A stretch of 64,000 nt of DNA, taken from the NCBI GenBank assembly GCA_964035545.1, contig OZ037767.1, positions 10,488,581 to 10,552,580 of the forward strand, read 5' to 3'. This DNA is from Bugula neritina (taxonomy: Eukaryota > Animalia > Bryozoa). Every line of letters begins with the position of its first letter. Positions within the stretch are counted from its first letter, which is position 1. Under the pieces are notes generated by a model. The model searched no databases. It saw nothing but the letters and a program-made list of their open reading frames with translations, and was not told the origin of the DNA. The position numbers were made by a program, and so were the translations under genes. Below are positions 1-12,900 of this stretch, one piece after another.

Positions 1-3000
1 ATCAATATTTTATTAGTTTGATTTAACAGCAAGAATAATCTTAACCAATGAGAATGGGGGAAAACTTGGATATATGTTTGAATTTGTCAGAAGTTGCACA
101 AATTGTTTCCCAGTTCATAGCCTGAAACAATGACATGGTAATAAATAATACAATAAAAATATAGTCACAGTAAAACAGCAGAAAAATTAAAAAACTGCCA
201 TTGTTTTCTCAAAATGTAAAGGAAGTATAAAGGCATAGATAGAAAGCACAATATAACATTCTGTTAGAGCAGTCATTAACCTCTGACACTTGCTACATGC
301 TAATTGTTGATGCTTTGGGGACTGTAAAGTTGTGAACATAAATTACATAGTGTAATATGCATGCGTGACACCAGGGCATTGGCTAGTTTCAAACACTTTA
401 GTTCATGAGCTATAATATAGTATTTCATCATATCAACTTTCCATGAAAATATTATAATGAACACATTTAAATAATATTATAAATAAATGTAGTGGCAGAG
501 ACACGTCACCAAATAGTGGCTATTGTAAAATAATGACCCATGATGAATGATTTTCATATTGCATTTTGTGTTTCTTTTTTAATTTGTTCAATATTGGGCC
601 AGAGAAATGTGATTTTATCTATTTTCATTATGTATGCAATATAAATATAAAAAAAGAACAAACAAAATAGAGAGGATGAGGCTTTGAGGCTTTATATATT
701 TAACATTTTCATATAATCGATACAAAGTTTCATAGCATCATTACCTCGAATTTTTAATTTTTAGCCAAATGTTTTGCCTTGCATTGGCGAAACCATTCAC
801 TTCTTGATTGCTGAGTTAAGCCTTACATTTGAATCATTGTACATAAAAACTTTTAATATCCATCAAGCTCTAAGCTTTTTTAAAGATAAATCAGACATAA
901 AAATGCTTTTAGACATTCATTCTACGAGTTTCTTACCATAGCCTTTGTGCCAGTTTTAGAGCTCAATGCGCAGCCTCAACCTAGCTTCAATAGTTGGTAT
1001 AGTTGTTAAACCTGAGTCTTTAAGATTAGAAGTCAATGTCGTTTCAAAAGAATCATAAAACATTATAATGTAGCCCTTAAAAAAGCAGTTTAGCCATCTT
1101 AACTTTTAATAAGCTACTATTTGTGCATGACCGTGCATACTTAATGGTTTAAAAGTAACACTAGCATACAAACCACAAGTTAAAAACTTTTAATTTGCAC
1201 TCTTTAGTATATTTGATGTTAATGTATGAAGTTTTTGTATATATATTTCTACACTTGATTTTGCATCATTATAATTGCTGAACACTGAAATCCTTAAGCT
1301 CTTCTTATATAAAATACTTTATATTGGGTATATTTGTTATTTGTTGCCGTTTTCAGAAGGATGACCTTACATTTGGCGTCTTCATATCGATGGCCTTTAA
1401 TACCTACAAACAATGCTTAACTTTCAATTCAAATTGCAAAGAGATCCCTATTAAGATGAATTTATTTTCAGCACAACTTTTCATGCTTGAATGTATATGA
1501 ATATGAATATCTTTATAGTGGTAACATTTGAATCATTGACGGAGCAAAATTTGAAATTACTCTGTGGTTAAGATTGTTGTGAATAGCACCTGTAGCCGGG
1601 CAGTGGCCATTATGGATAGAAAAGATATTATCTTATACTGAGCTGCCTTCAGATTAAGCTTATAAGCAGAGGTATTATTTGCAAAGAAATCTATAAAACA
1701 AGAAACAGCTAAATTTGAGTATTTACGGAAGCACAACCTTAAGTTGCCTTTATACCTTCACAACCTTACAGAACTATTTAAATGCACAGTACTATGTACA
1801 CATAAAGTGGTATCCGCGATGACACATTGTATGGAAAGACTGGATTATTGGTAGCACTTAAATTTAATCTTATAATTAAAACTCTTACAAAGAAATTTAG
1901 TGATTTTGAGAATTCCCTATCACGAAAGTTATTAAGATAACTTTAAACGAGCTTTTTTTGTGGAAACATTCTTGGAGTGTGCAGGCCTTTATTGTGATAT
2001 TTCCTGGTGCTTTTAGTTGTGCTTAGCTTTAAAGGTGATCCAGCCATTTTCACTCTCCATAGAGCTGAAGCATTAAACCCAATTTGTCTTTATCAATGCC
2101 TTGATTCCCAACTTGGTACAGTAATTTAGCAAAGCTTTTCTAGTTACACAAATTGCTAAGTTTAGAAGCCACGCTGTTTTGATCCTATCATATGGTTTAA
2201 AAAATCTACATAGTGCTGGGCAGTCACTAAACATGTTCTCCCAAGATAGAGTATACAGACTTGGAATATTATTTAGATAGGTTAAAGTTAAAATATTTCC
2301 TTACATAACTTGTTATATATGATAGCGACTGAGTAAATCTATAAGCAAGATTGATAAAATATATTTGACCAAAATAGCTACACCTACACCTACTTTTATT
2401 CCCCAAGGATTACCTGCAATTTGTCACATTAAGACCAAAATAGGTTTATGTGGTCTGTAGCAAGTGAGTAGCCAATAGAACGTGTTCTCTAAATGGTCTG
2501 ACAAAACAGAAAAGAGGTGTGGAAAATATTGATTTCAAACACACCTGATTTGTATTGGGCCGAAAGTGATTAAACCCTGGCAAGGATAGCAAACTAGGTG
2601 CAAGTTTTCAATGGTGCGAAAGGATGTATTTTACATTATGATGTTGAAATATGATAGCAAACAAAAAACTATGCCATTATTTCTAGATGTTTTATAGACT
2701 TGCACTCTTTCGTGCATTTTATATAGAAATTTAAAATATTTCAATTTTATAGTTGTTTGTACATCAAGGTATGCTATATTGAATACGGAGGTTATATTGA
2801 TTGTTGTTTTGTCAAACTACTGCTGAAAGATATTAACCCGTATAAAAATAATGACAGTGGAATAATCCACAATACTTGTTCTATGAAGAACAGATGTGAA
2901 GTGTGTTGCAATTTATTTCAAGTGGTACATAACAGCTAACACAATCCAAAATACATTTGTCTAAAGTGATAATGACAAATGAGAAAATTGAAAAAATAAT

Positions 3001-3915
3001 GATTTTGAAGATTGCATTTCAAGTATGAAACTATTGCTATAAAATGAGTTTTCTCTTGACACCTTTAGTGTTCTCATGTATTGTTTTCACTAAGACAATT
3101 TAAATCTAACTCATATGACGCAAGCATTTAAAGTGAAATTCTAATTTATTTGCTGATTATAGCTGTAGGCCACTAACATTGCCAGACTGAAAACATTTTT
3201 CCAAATTATCACTTGCATATATAGATAAATATTTGCAAAAATATCGAACTAGTATGAAATGGATAATGGAATTCACTGGATAGAGATGTACAGTGAAGCC
3301 AAGTCCAAATTATTTTAAGATATAGAGCTGTAAATGTAATTTGTAATATTTTGCACAGTGAGTAAGCGAATAAAACAGAGTATGAAAGGAAGCAAAGCAA
3401 AAGAAAGTTTATTTCCAAGGAACAGTTAACACATCAGTTAAGAATAATTCGCCATATGCTGATATCACAATCTCATCATAATCAATCAGAACATAAATGA
3501 CAAGTAAACATGGAGATAGAACAAATATGAAAAGTTAATTAACAGCAAAAGCAAATTCAAACAAGAGAAACAAATTGACAAGACATCAAGAATTCATCTT
3601 GTCTCCAATATAATAGTTTAAATATATTATCTGAGTAAATACAGTGGGATATAAAGTTTTGCATTACAGAGCACAATATTCAATGACTGGAGAACAACAC
3701 CTTTGCCAGGAAAACAACATGGCTGTCACAGGAACATAAAGCACAAGTGACTAGCAATACAACAGCAATGACTAAGAGTAAACATGCTTTGTTTGGTAAT
3801 CAACTCTATGAAGTGAGTCACATAATGATGAGGAGCATTTAGAAGGTCAGACTGGACATCTACATGCTTTGATTCGTCAGCTTCCATTTCACTTCACAGA
3901 TCAGGAGCTCCAGAT

Positions 3916-6900
3916 TTACTGAGATTTCTGTTTCTTCAAATATGGTACAGCATCTGCCAACCTGAAAACATGTGAGGATAAATTTAAAGTAAACCCAACA
4001 GCTTAGTAATAGAGAGCAGCCTACAGGTAATCTCCCTGTAATGTATTCATCAAATAGTGCACTAAAAAGATGAGAACCCGAAAAATTGGCAGTGAAATTA
4101 ATATATTTTGCTTAACCCATTGATGGAGCATAAAATTAAACAAATTAAACTTACATGAAAGTGGCAGCAGCTTGAAGTGGATATAAAATGAATAACTATT
4201 TGGCTTGAATAAAACATTAAGATAGATTGGGATCACATACTATCTACAGGATGAGCTATAAAAATGGTTAGGAGGCTAGTGATGCCTTGGTGGTGATTTA
4301 GCAAGTGTCATCCCAGATAGACTAAATTTCCCACTTAGACGCTTTCCAGTTAGACGCTATTTATTTATTTTGCTACAATATATATTCTATGTGCAATTTA
4401 TTTGAATATTATTGAAGTATATGTATATTTAAATAAAATTGGATCAATTGCTTGTTATTTAGCACGTATAAATAAATTAACTTCTTGATTTTGCATTTTC
4501 TAAACTTCTTGTTGTTTGAAAAGATATTTTGTTGATAAGTATTCATTAATGATCATATCTATTATTAATGTATTACTGCTTTTTTCCATACACATATCCA
4601 AGAAAATGGGAATATCATCCCAGATAATTTATATTAGCTATTATAGCTATAATAAGCTATAGTTATCTAGTAATCAATGCAACTTTTATATAGATATGTT
4701 ACTATAATATGTAATTGCACCAAAAAAATAGCGTCTAACTGGGAAGCGTCCAAGTGGGAAATTTAGTCTATCGTGTAACTGGGAAGCAGCTATCTGGGAT
4801 GAAACCCTTTAGCACACGTATTGACTGGTAGAACACACCTGCTGTAGCAGTCATCAAACTTGGCCATAGCGACATCAACATACTGGTCAATCTGTACCTT
4901 TTTAACCTCGTAGAACTTCGGGAGAGTAAACATGGCAGCCACAGCTAGTGAATACAGTAAAGACAATACATTAAAATTAGTGACACTAGATTACCCTGTA
5001 CTATAATTAACTAATTTATTATGTAAGCCAATATGCCAATCACAGTGAGGAAGCAATCAAGCAATTCAGGCAATACAATAATGCTAGATTACTAAGTTTC
5101 ATACTGACTAAAATGGAGGCTAATTGCAAGATTAATGAGATACATTGTCAAAGTGTAAACTACAGGTCAACAGCAAACCAGCTAACTAACTATATAGTAA
5201 AGCAAAATAAGCTCACCCAGCGTAAGTATTGTAAGTCCATTAAAACAGGCTCCGACGTAAGTCATGGCAAACAGCACTACAGAAATCTAAAATTCACCAA
5301 AAATATGTAGTCAAGTACGCTTTGTAAAAAAGCTTCTCTGATTTCACACAATTAAATCCTTCGTAAACTAAGCAAACGTGCATATTTGAAGCAAGACAGC
5401 CAGCAACAGTAAAATCTAAACCCAAAAATTACATTGATGTTGCAGCTACAGAATTATTTTGAAATAATGTGCTACTGGCAAACGACTGTTTATATTCGAC
5501 TTTTAGATCAGCCTTTAACCAATTTAAAAATATAGAAACACCAGCAGCACAGGGTGAGATATTTTTTTTATAAAACTACGGAGTACCAGTGGTGCTAAGC
5601 AGTGTCACATTATAGTTATAAAATGGGAAAACACTAAAACAGCAATGAAGCGAAAATAACACTGCATTCCCACAATTTTATTTGGTTCTTTGTTTAGTGA
5701 CTAACTTTCAATAAGCTTCATAAAAAGTGAGATGATTACAATTACATGGAAATTTGTCAATTAAAATTACAATTTTTTTTAACTACAGTTGAAAATTAAT
5801 GTAATTAATTACAATTACTTTCAGTCTCACTCCTGGAGTCCAACTATCTTTGTTCTCAATAGTGATAAATAGGGTGATACAGTACTACGTTGAGTTAATC
5901 TGAAGTTTTCAGTAAACAGTAGGAATAGTATAAAATACTTTTTCAAGATTTAAAAGATTGAAGTAATTGATGTGATTTTAGAGTAATTGTAAAAACCAAC
6001 CTCATTAGATTCGTTATCAATCACAATTACATTTGTACACATCAATTACAAATTACATTTAATTATTTGAAAAAATGTAATTAATGACAACCAATTACAA
6101 TTACTCCAACCCTGATCTCAACACGAGTAAAAAATGTGTTACCTGCCACACGCAACTCATTGTCAGTAGAGAGTAAAAATTTATAACAGTAGTAAAGGCT
6201 GTGTCTTGTCCAGTCTTTGTTGAAGTGAAAAAAGGATGCCAAGGTCGGCAGATTTCCCTACCAGACCATCGGCAGAAAATCAATTCAACCCAAAAATGGG
6301 CCTTTGAGTGCGGACTTCTAATGGATTTCATGCTAATAACATACTGAGTGACAAGCCTGGAAAGCTTGTTCGTCTTTGATCTAATTGGCTGGTTGTCATA
6401 ATTTTATACGTTTTCATACGCGGTTTAATTTCGACCGGGCTGAATAGAGAAACTTTTTTCAATAGCTGGCGCCATTTTTCGATGGCGTATATTTAAAAAA
6501 AATACCTCCCGTAAAGTTAAACGAAAAAAATCATTAGCCAACAAATTTCTTCACCTACAGCCAACTCACGCAGTGTGGCAGGTCATTCTCGCAACGGATT
6601 TTCCAGTGTGACAGGGCGAATCTGTAGTGTCACAACATCAGCTTTTGGTGGTTGAAATTTTAGCCAAGAAGAATAATGGGGCTGCCACACTACAGTCAAA
6701 ACGCGTTTTCGAGGCTAAGCGATGACCTCTGTGACGTCACAACTGTCTGATTTCTGAACGCAACTGTCAGTTTTTAGCGATGCGATGAAAGTTCGACATG
6801 TTGAACTGTCATCGCTGAAGTTGAGCGATCAGCCAATCACTGACTGGCCAGGTAAACCCTGATTGGTTAAATGCTTTTACTTTTTCCACGTGCTACTAGC

Positions 6901-9900
6901 GAGCATTATTATTTGATTTGGTTCTTCGAAAATTATATTATTTTACTTTTAAAATAATTATGATGAAGTTATGTATGAAAGTTTCAATAAATCATGAAAA
7001 TAAGTATTCATTAAATAAATTTTGCTGAATTTTATCTGCATATTTAGTTTTTCTAATTCTGTTGAATTTTATTAGCGTACTATTTAGTTCTTTAGGCTAG
7101 TGAATGAGCTTGAATAAAGCTAAGTAATATCATTAAATAAAGCTAGTAATTTTGAATAATTGAAGCTAGTAAATTAGAATAAAAATAACTAATAAATCTT
7201 ATTATGCTAGTAATTCTCAATATATTGCGCTAAATTTGGTTGTTGGTTACTGTAGATACTGCAGAAACTGAGTTATGGCATTCCTATTGGTTAAACGTTG
7301 GGGGGGGGGCTAGAGACAGTTAGCTTTCATCGTTTGTAGTGAACTGTAGTGTGACCAGCAAAAAGTAGGACGCGAGCAGCTCCAAAATGGCCGCCACAGT
7401 CGAGTTTCGACTGTAGTGTGTCATGGGCATAACAGAAGATTCAGAAAAAGGAAAAACAAGATTAGCTGGTGGAAGCTCGTTCTCGGTTTAAGTACTTGGA
7501 CACAACAATCTACCAAGATGGAGAGTGCCGCAAGGAAAGGTGAAAGGTGACCATTACCTTATCTATAGCCCCTTCCCAAGCTTCCCTATCTCCTTAATTT
7601 ACAGCTTCGAGATAGGAGTGCGATATTTCCATCAGTTGTACTTTAATAGAGATGTGTATTCATCACCAAAGACTGAATTAAAAAGAATGGATGACATACA
7701 CCGGCTTTCCATGTACCGATCTCAGATCGATCTCGCTGAGATCGATCCATGGAAAGACGCCAAAGATCGATCTGTCGATCTGAGCTGGTCGGTCTGTGGA
7801 GCTCGAACTCATGTCAATAAGACCATGGAAAGACGCCAGATCGATCTGAGAAGTAGAAAAAGACTGCTCGCTACAATGTCGTCTGCTAATAAAAATGATA
7901 ACTTATTGATAATTACTAAGCAAAGTATTAAATAATCATGATAGCCACTTTTTCAGATGCCAAAACTTTGACTTTCAGTACAATGATTAAGAAAACTCAA
8001 TTATATGCAGTAGAAGGTAAAAAAATGGGAAAATTTAAATTGAATTTAAATGACTATCAAAACTTAGTTTTATTAGCTATTTTCTTTGTAATTTTAAGCC
8101 TAACAGTCCTGTAAGTTTATTAATAATCTACAAGACAGCCATTAATTTTATATAAGCTGTCAAGCTGAAAATTAAAATTAATTATTTTAAATTGGCCAAA
8201 TTACCATACACTGAAAGCTTTGCTGCGTATATTTTATAGCTGGGATTAAATTTTAGACTACTACTATCTTGTTTTCAACAGTAGTAGCTTTAATCACTCA
8301 AATAGGTGAACAAATTATACTTTTAAAGTATCCTTCACTTAAGAGGAGGCAACTTAGCGAGATCGATCTGACACTCTCATGGAAAAACAATCGATCTGAG
8401 CACATTTCTCAGATCGATCTGAGATTGGTACATGGAAAGCCCGTGAGTGTTGAGTTTATATAGGTCTAAAAACAATAGCTATTTTGTGGTAGCCAAAATA
8501 GCTGCACATGAGCAAATGAAATACAGAAAAAGCATAGGTCATCTAACATAGCAATAAAACTCCCATTAAAGCTATAATAAAATAACAAAAGCTTTCCATG
8601 CTCTTGTAATGTCCAAACATTAGTGAACAAGCAGCCGGTTTCTTCCTGCTGTGGTTCGCTTGATCCCTCTATAACAGAGTATGTTCTCAAATGGTTGTCT
8701 GAGGTATTTTATGTTGTTCGTGTGAATCTCCTCTATGGTTCTTATCAGTGCAACTTCTGCAATAACCTGCTTCATCACAGTAGCGACATCACCTTGTAAC
8801 AATTGTTGTAGGTGAACAGCATACTAGAAAATTCAATTATGAAGTTCACAATGTAGTTTTGTCAAATTTCAACAGTTGATGGTCAAAGTGAATATGCCAC
8901 AGTGGCTGCATAGCAAGGTCAGTTTAGTCATTTTGTCTGCTAAGGCGCTTTGTGACTTGGCTTTCATCTGTGTTTCATATTTTACTCTCGCTGCTAACAT
9001 ACCTGTCATCACCTGCTAGAGTTGAACTATATAAGTGCTGTTAACATGTCCTAGTGCATTGTACCAATCAGGCAGCGATTTGCTCACGATTACCAAATCG
9101 CTCGTGTTCATTATTTCCAAAAAATATAACCTGCCTTTGGATGTTATTGAGAATGTTGTATTACTGATTGTTACTGTATTGTTTTCTTTTGGGAAGTTCA
9201 CCTTTGTCTCTTTTTTTTGGTGGCAGCATAGACTGAGAACATGTTTGTTGGAATTGTCATTTGATGTTGCCATCATCAAAGATAGTAAATTGGGTTGTGC
9301 CTCTGGCTATTGCTAGTTGGCCTGACTGGTGAAAGTCAGCCATTTCAATGTAATGCTTTTCATACTTGAAGTTGTTGCCAAAGCTAACAAAACAATATTT
9401 TCTTGCCCGAAGCCTACATCAGTATTTGTTTGTGCTGGTTATTGCTCTGTGGTGCTGTTTCACAATGGTCTGAAACCACAGGAGCGAAAGCGGTAGTTGC
9501 AACTGCAGTTCCTTTTATATCTTTATTTTTGACCTGGAAAACTGGTTCAACATACCCTTTTTGCAATATTTGCAAAAAAATCAGGGCTTTAAATAACATT
9601 CCTGAGTAAGCCTAGGGCCACACGGTGCGTATTTTCGCATGCGAAAATTGAAATCACAAATAGCAAAGGTGTCCACCGTAGCGTCAGTCGTGACCCTAGG
9701 CTAAGATAATTAGATTTATCATAGGTTAGACATTATTAGCCATTACACGTTTATTTTGTCACGCTACCTTCTTCCCTGCTTTGAATGTCATGAGGGTGGC
9801 CTAAAAACCCACGATGATGCAGTAAAATTGAAGGTGTTAGTTGCTTTGAACTCTGACAGGGTTTGTTGCCAGTCGAGTTAGGTATGAATCAATACAAAAG

Positions 9901-12900
9901 TCGATATCATGTCGGTAATCTTTCCATGATCATAACTATCACTACATTTTCGAGGATATTCCCCCTCCCTGCGATTTGAAATTCTTAGTGCAAAGTAAGT
10001 AGTTTGTAATATCTTCGGCATCAATATAGTAGTGTGCTGTCCATAGAGTCAACACTCTTGGTTTCCCTGTGTTGACACAATGCTCTTTCAGTATTTTGAA
10101 AGCCACCCATAGCATCTATCATCACTAGTTTTGGAGAGTTTCCGTCCAATATTGAGTAAATTAGGCTTATGCTTAGGCATTATTTTGTCCAAATTAGCAG
10201 CGATCCCTTCACCTTTTTCTTTGAGTAGAATGTAAAAAATTAACACGAATCTTGTTTCCCAAATTAGGAAAGAGAAGTCTGTGTTTGAAGGTGCTAGGCC
10301 CATAACCGATTAAACAACTATTAATTGCGGTTAAATTTTGTAGTGTCTATATTGTAGTTACTTAGACTGTTGATGCCTAGATATAATGAGCAATTTGATT
10401 GATTTCTTTGCGTTTATTTATATGGTTAAAAAATACATAGCATGCGATACATGGCAGAAACAAATAAAAAATATCAAAAAAAAAACATAAGTAGAGTTAA
10501 GGAATTTATGACATGTTGCATTTATTAATATATAAACTAAATATATTTTAGCTATCGTCTAAAGCCTGTTTGAGGGTTGGGTGCCCAAACAATTTTGCTT
10601 TACAATAAAATAGAAGTTATACCAATGACCTTTTCGTTTAGTTTTGGAGTCCATGGTATTATAACTTAAACGATCATTGATGATCAACAATAAATTTTAA
10701 AACTGTTCGCTAATGATCACAATGATAATTATACTATCCAGTCTCAAAGATTCAATAATAACGTGTCGTAATTTACTGTTGACAGTTGTGTGGTCATTGC
10801 ACTAAAACTTTATCATACAGATCTAGGCTGTTGTTGCCATTCACTCATTGACTTATTAAGAAATATTAAATGCCGGCTACTGCACTGCTGCTACAAATTA
10901 GTTGCCTCGATTTGATTATCTTTACAATTAATGTTGATGTTGAACTTTTACAAAATATTGTTGTGCTCTAATATTGATCATTGTCATACTAAGTAGTACT
11001 GGTCCAAGTGTTGTTAATTAAAATTGAAGTTTGGCATATTTTGCTTACTCAATTAAAATTTTTAAGGGTTCACAGCACCATTTTTACAGAATCTCATTGT
11101 AGATTTAGTGAAATTTGTGTAATAAATATTTAACATATAGTTTAAAATGTACCACTGTGTGTAGGTGAGTTTTCCACCTGCACATGACAACAAGCAGTTT
11201 GTCCATTCCCTAATAAAACATATTTATAATGGATAAAAAACGATTGAAGTTTTTTAATGAGTTAAATATAATGTGGTCAGTTTAGTTTCTATAAGCATAC
11301 TTAATATTATATTAAAGTTGTAGTCTTGAAAGTTACCACTATTGCTGAATACATTAGTTTATTAATACTAGTGTAGCTATTTATGACAATTTCATGAAGG
11401 CGCATCACTGTATCTTTGTTGAATCAGGATCATTAATTTTATGGTTCATTTTCTACTTAGTTGACTCAGCGCATAATTCTCATCTTAGTTCTTTATTATC
11501 TTCCACAAACTGGCAAAGTAGTTGCACATTATGTTCATCACTTTTCATAATTAGTTTTAAAAATTTAGTGAAACAAAAATAACTAAAACATATTTTTATA
11601 ACTAAATAGCAATAGTAGCTTTGTTTTAATCTGACTCTATTACTATAGTTACTTGTCATCGTGGCCAGTCCAACAACTAGCCTGTGTCCCCTATTGGCCC
11701 TGGTGTAAAAGGTAACTATTAGTAGCATTATGAGGTGTGATGAGTAACTATCAGTATCATTATGATAGAAACAACAAAATGAATTTGATATTCATACTGA
11801 TTAATGGCTTGGATTTTTCAGCCTCCTTTTTCTGAAAAAGTTTCTAAGAATGTCAATAAACATCTGAGGGGTTAGGTTTATTAAACAAGCTATGCGCTCT
11901 AAGTTTTAGGCTTTAATTAAGTGCTATAGATCCTGAATATTACTTTGATTTTTTAATTTCATAACAAGTTGTATACATAACTAAAAAGAAGACAACTCTT
12001 TTCCTGTCATAATATTTTGAATTAGGTTTCAATTGAGTTTTAATACTGTAGCTTCTTAAGCTAATACTTTTTTAAACGCTGTCAATCGTTTTCATATGAA
12101 ACTAATTATTTAGTACAAAGAATATAGAAGTTTACAATCTTTAATTAAAGCAGTTTTAAAATGAAAAAAAACCTAAGTCTCCCCCTTCCTGTAAAAAGTA
12201 ACTTAAGGTTCTAGGAATCAAATTTAATATGCACGGTACCATTCATTATGACTTGTGTCCCCTATTTTCTATGGTTATTACTAATAGTGATATAAGCCAT
12301 AAAACGCTTCTAGTAAAAGTGTATTATAGTGTATAAGGTTTTAAACAAAAATTACTAATTTAAAATTATAGACAGATACAAGTGGAGTAAGCAACTTCCA
12401 AGATAACAGCAGCAAGTTTACTACATCACAGAACACACCATAACTAAAGTAGGCAAAGAAAGGACAACTACTAGATAGAGATTTCTTGGAGTGAGAAATG
12501 AAGCATTTGACTGAAGGTCACTCATCTGATATAAGAGGTCATGACACCCATTGCCAAGATCCCAAAAACTGATTTGTGATGGTATTGTTGACAGAAACTT
12601 AGCCGGCAAATCTTCTTATTAAATTGCTGTGCTTCACAATGTGGGTGTTGAAAGAAGATTGAGATGACACAACTCCCATCACAATGATAGTTGAAGGAAT
12701 GTTAGCTCCAACTAATACTGTTCAGAATGTATTTTAGAAAGTGTTGGATTTCAGTCACTTGTCCAACAAACACTTAACCTGCCACTAAATGTTGGTATAG
12801 ACCTTATGAAAACTAACACACATATAGCAGAGTCATGAGTAGACAAACCTTAAATGAAGCTCCAAATTCTCTAACAAACACCAGGTCCCTGAGCCAGTTG

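Larger units (their letters stand above)
7545..10307 (-). mobile_element. Heavily decayed Ty1/copia LTR retrotransposon internal region (PBS, gag, protease-adjacent, pre-integrase, integrase remnants, RT start), interrupted by MITEs
   Basis: Copia-type PBS GGTTATGGGCCTAG at 10307-10294. Gag remnants WETRF, TGKPRVLTLW, EDITNYLL, VMIMERLP. Pol remnants FVSFGNNFKYEKHYIEMAD...AIARG, KGRLYFL and DWYNALGHVN (GAG-pre-integrase WHxxLGH). RT-start remnant SHSYLEAVN*GDREAWEGAIDK near 7550-7625. Many stops and frameshifts. Confidence 0.8.

Noticed and set aside
1330-1500. Exon-like segment with splice-like signals on both strands
   Set aside because: No partner exons or recognisable protein; 1-3900 is treated as 3' UTR/intergenic.
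7525-7935. 136-aa plus-strand ORF
   Set aside because: It spans the antisense copia remnant and a MITE TIR, with no protein motif.
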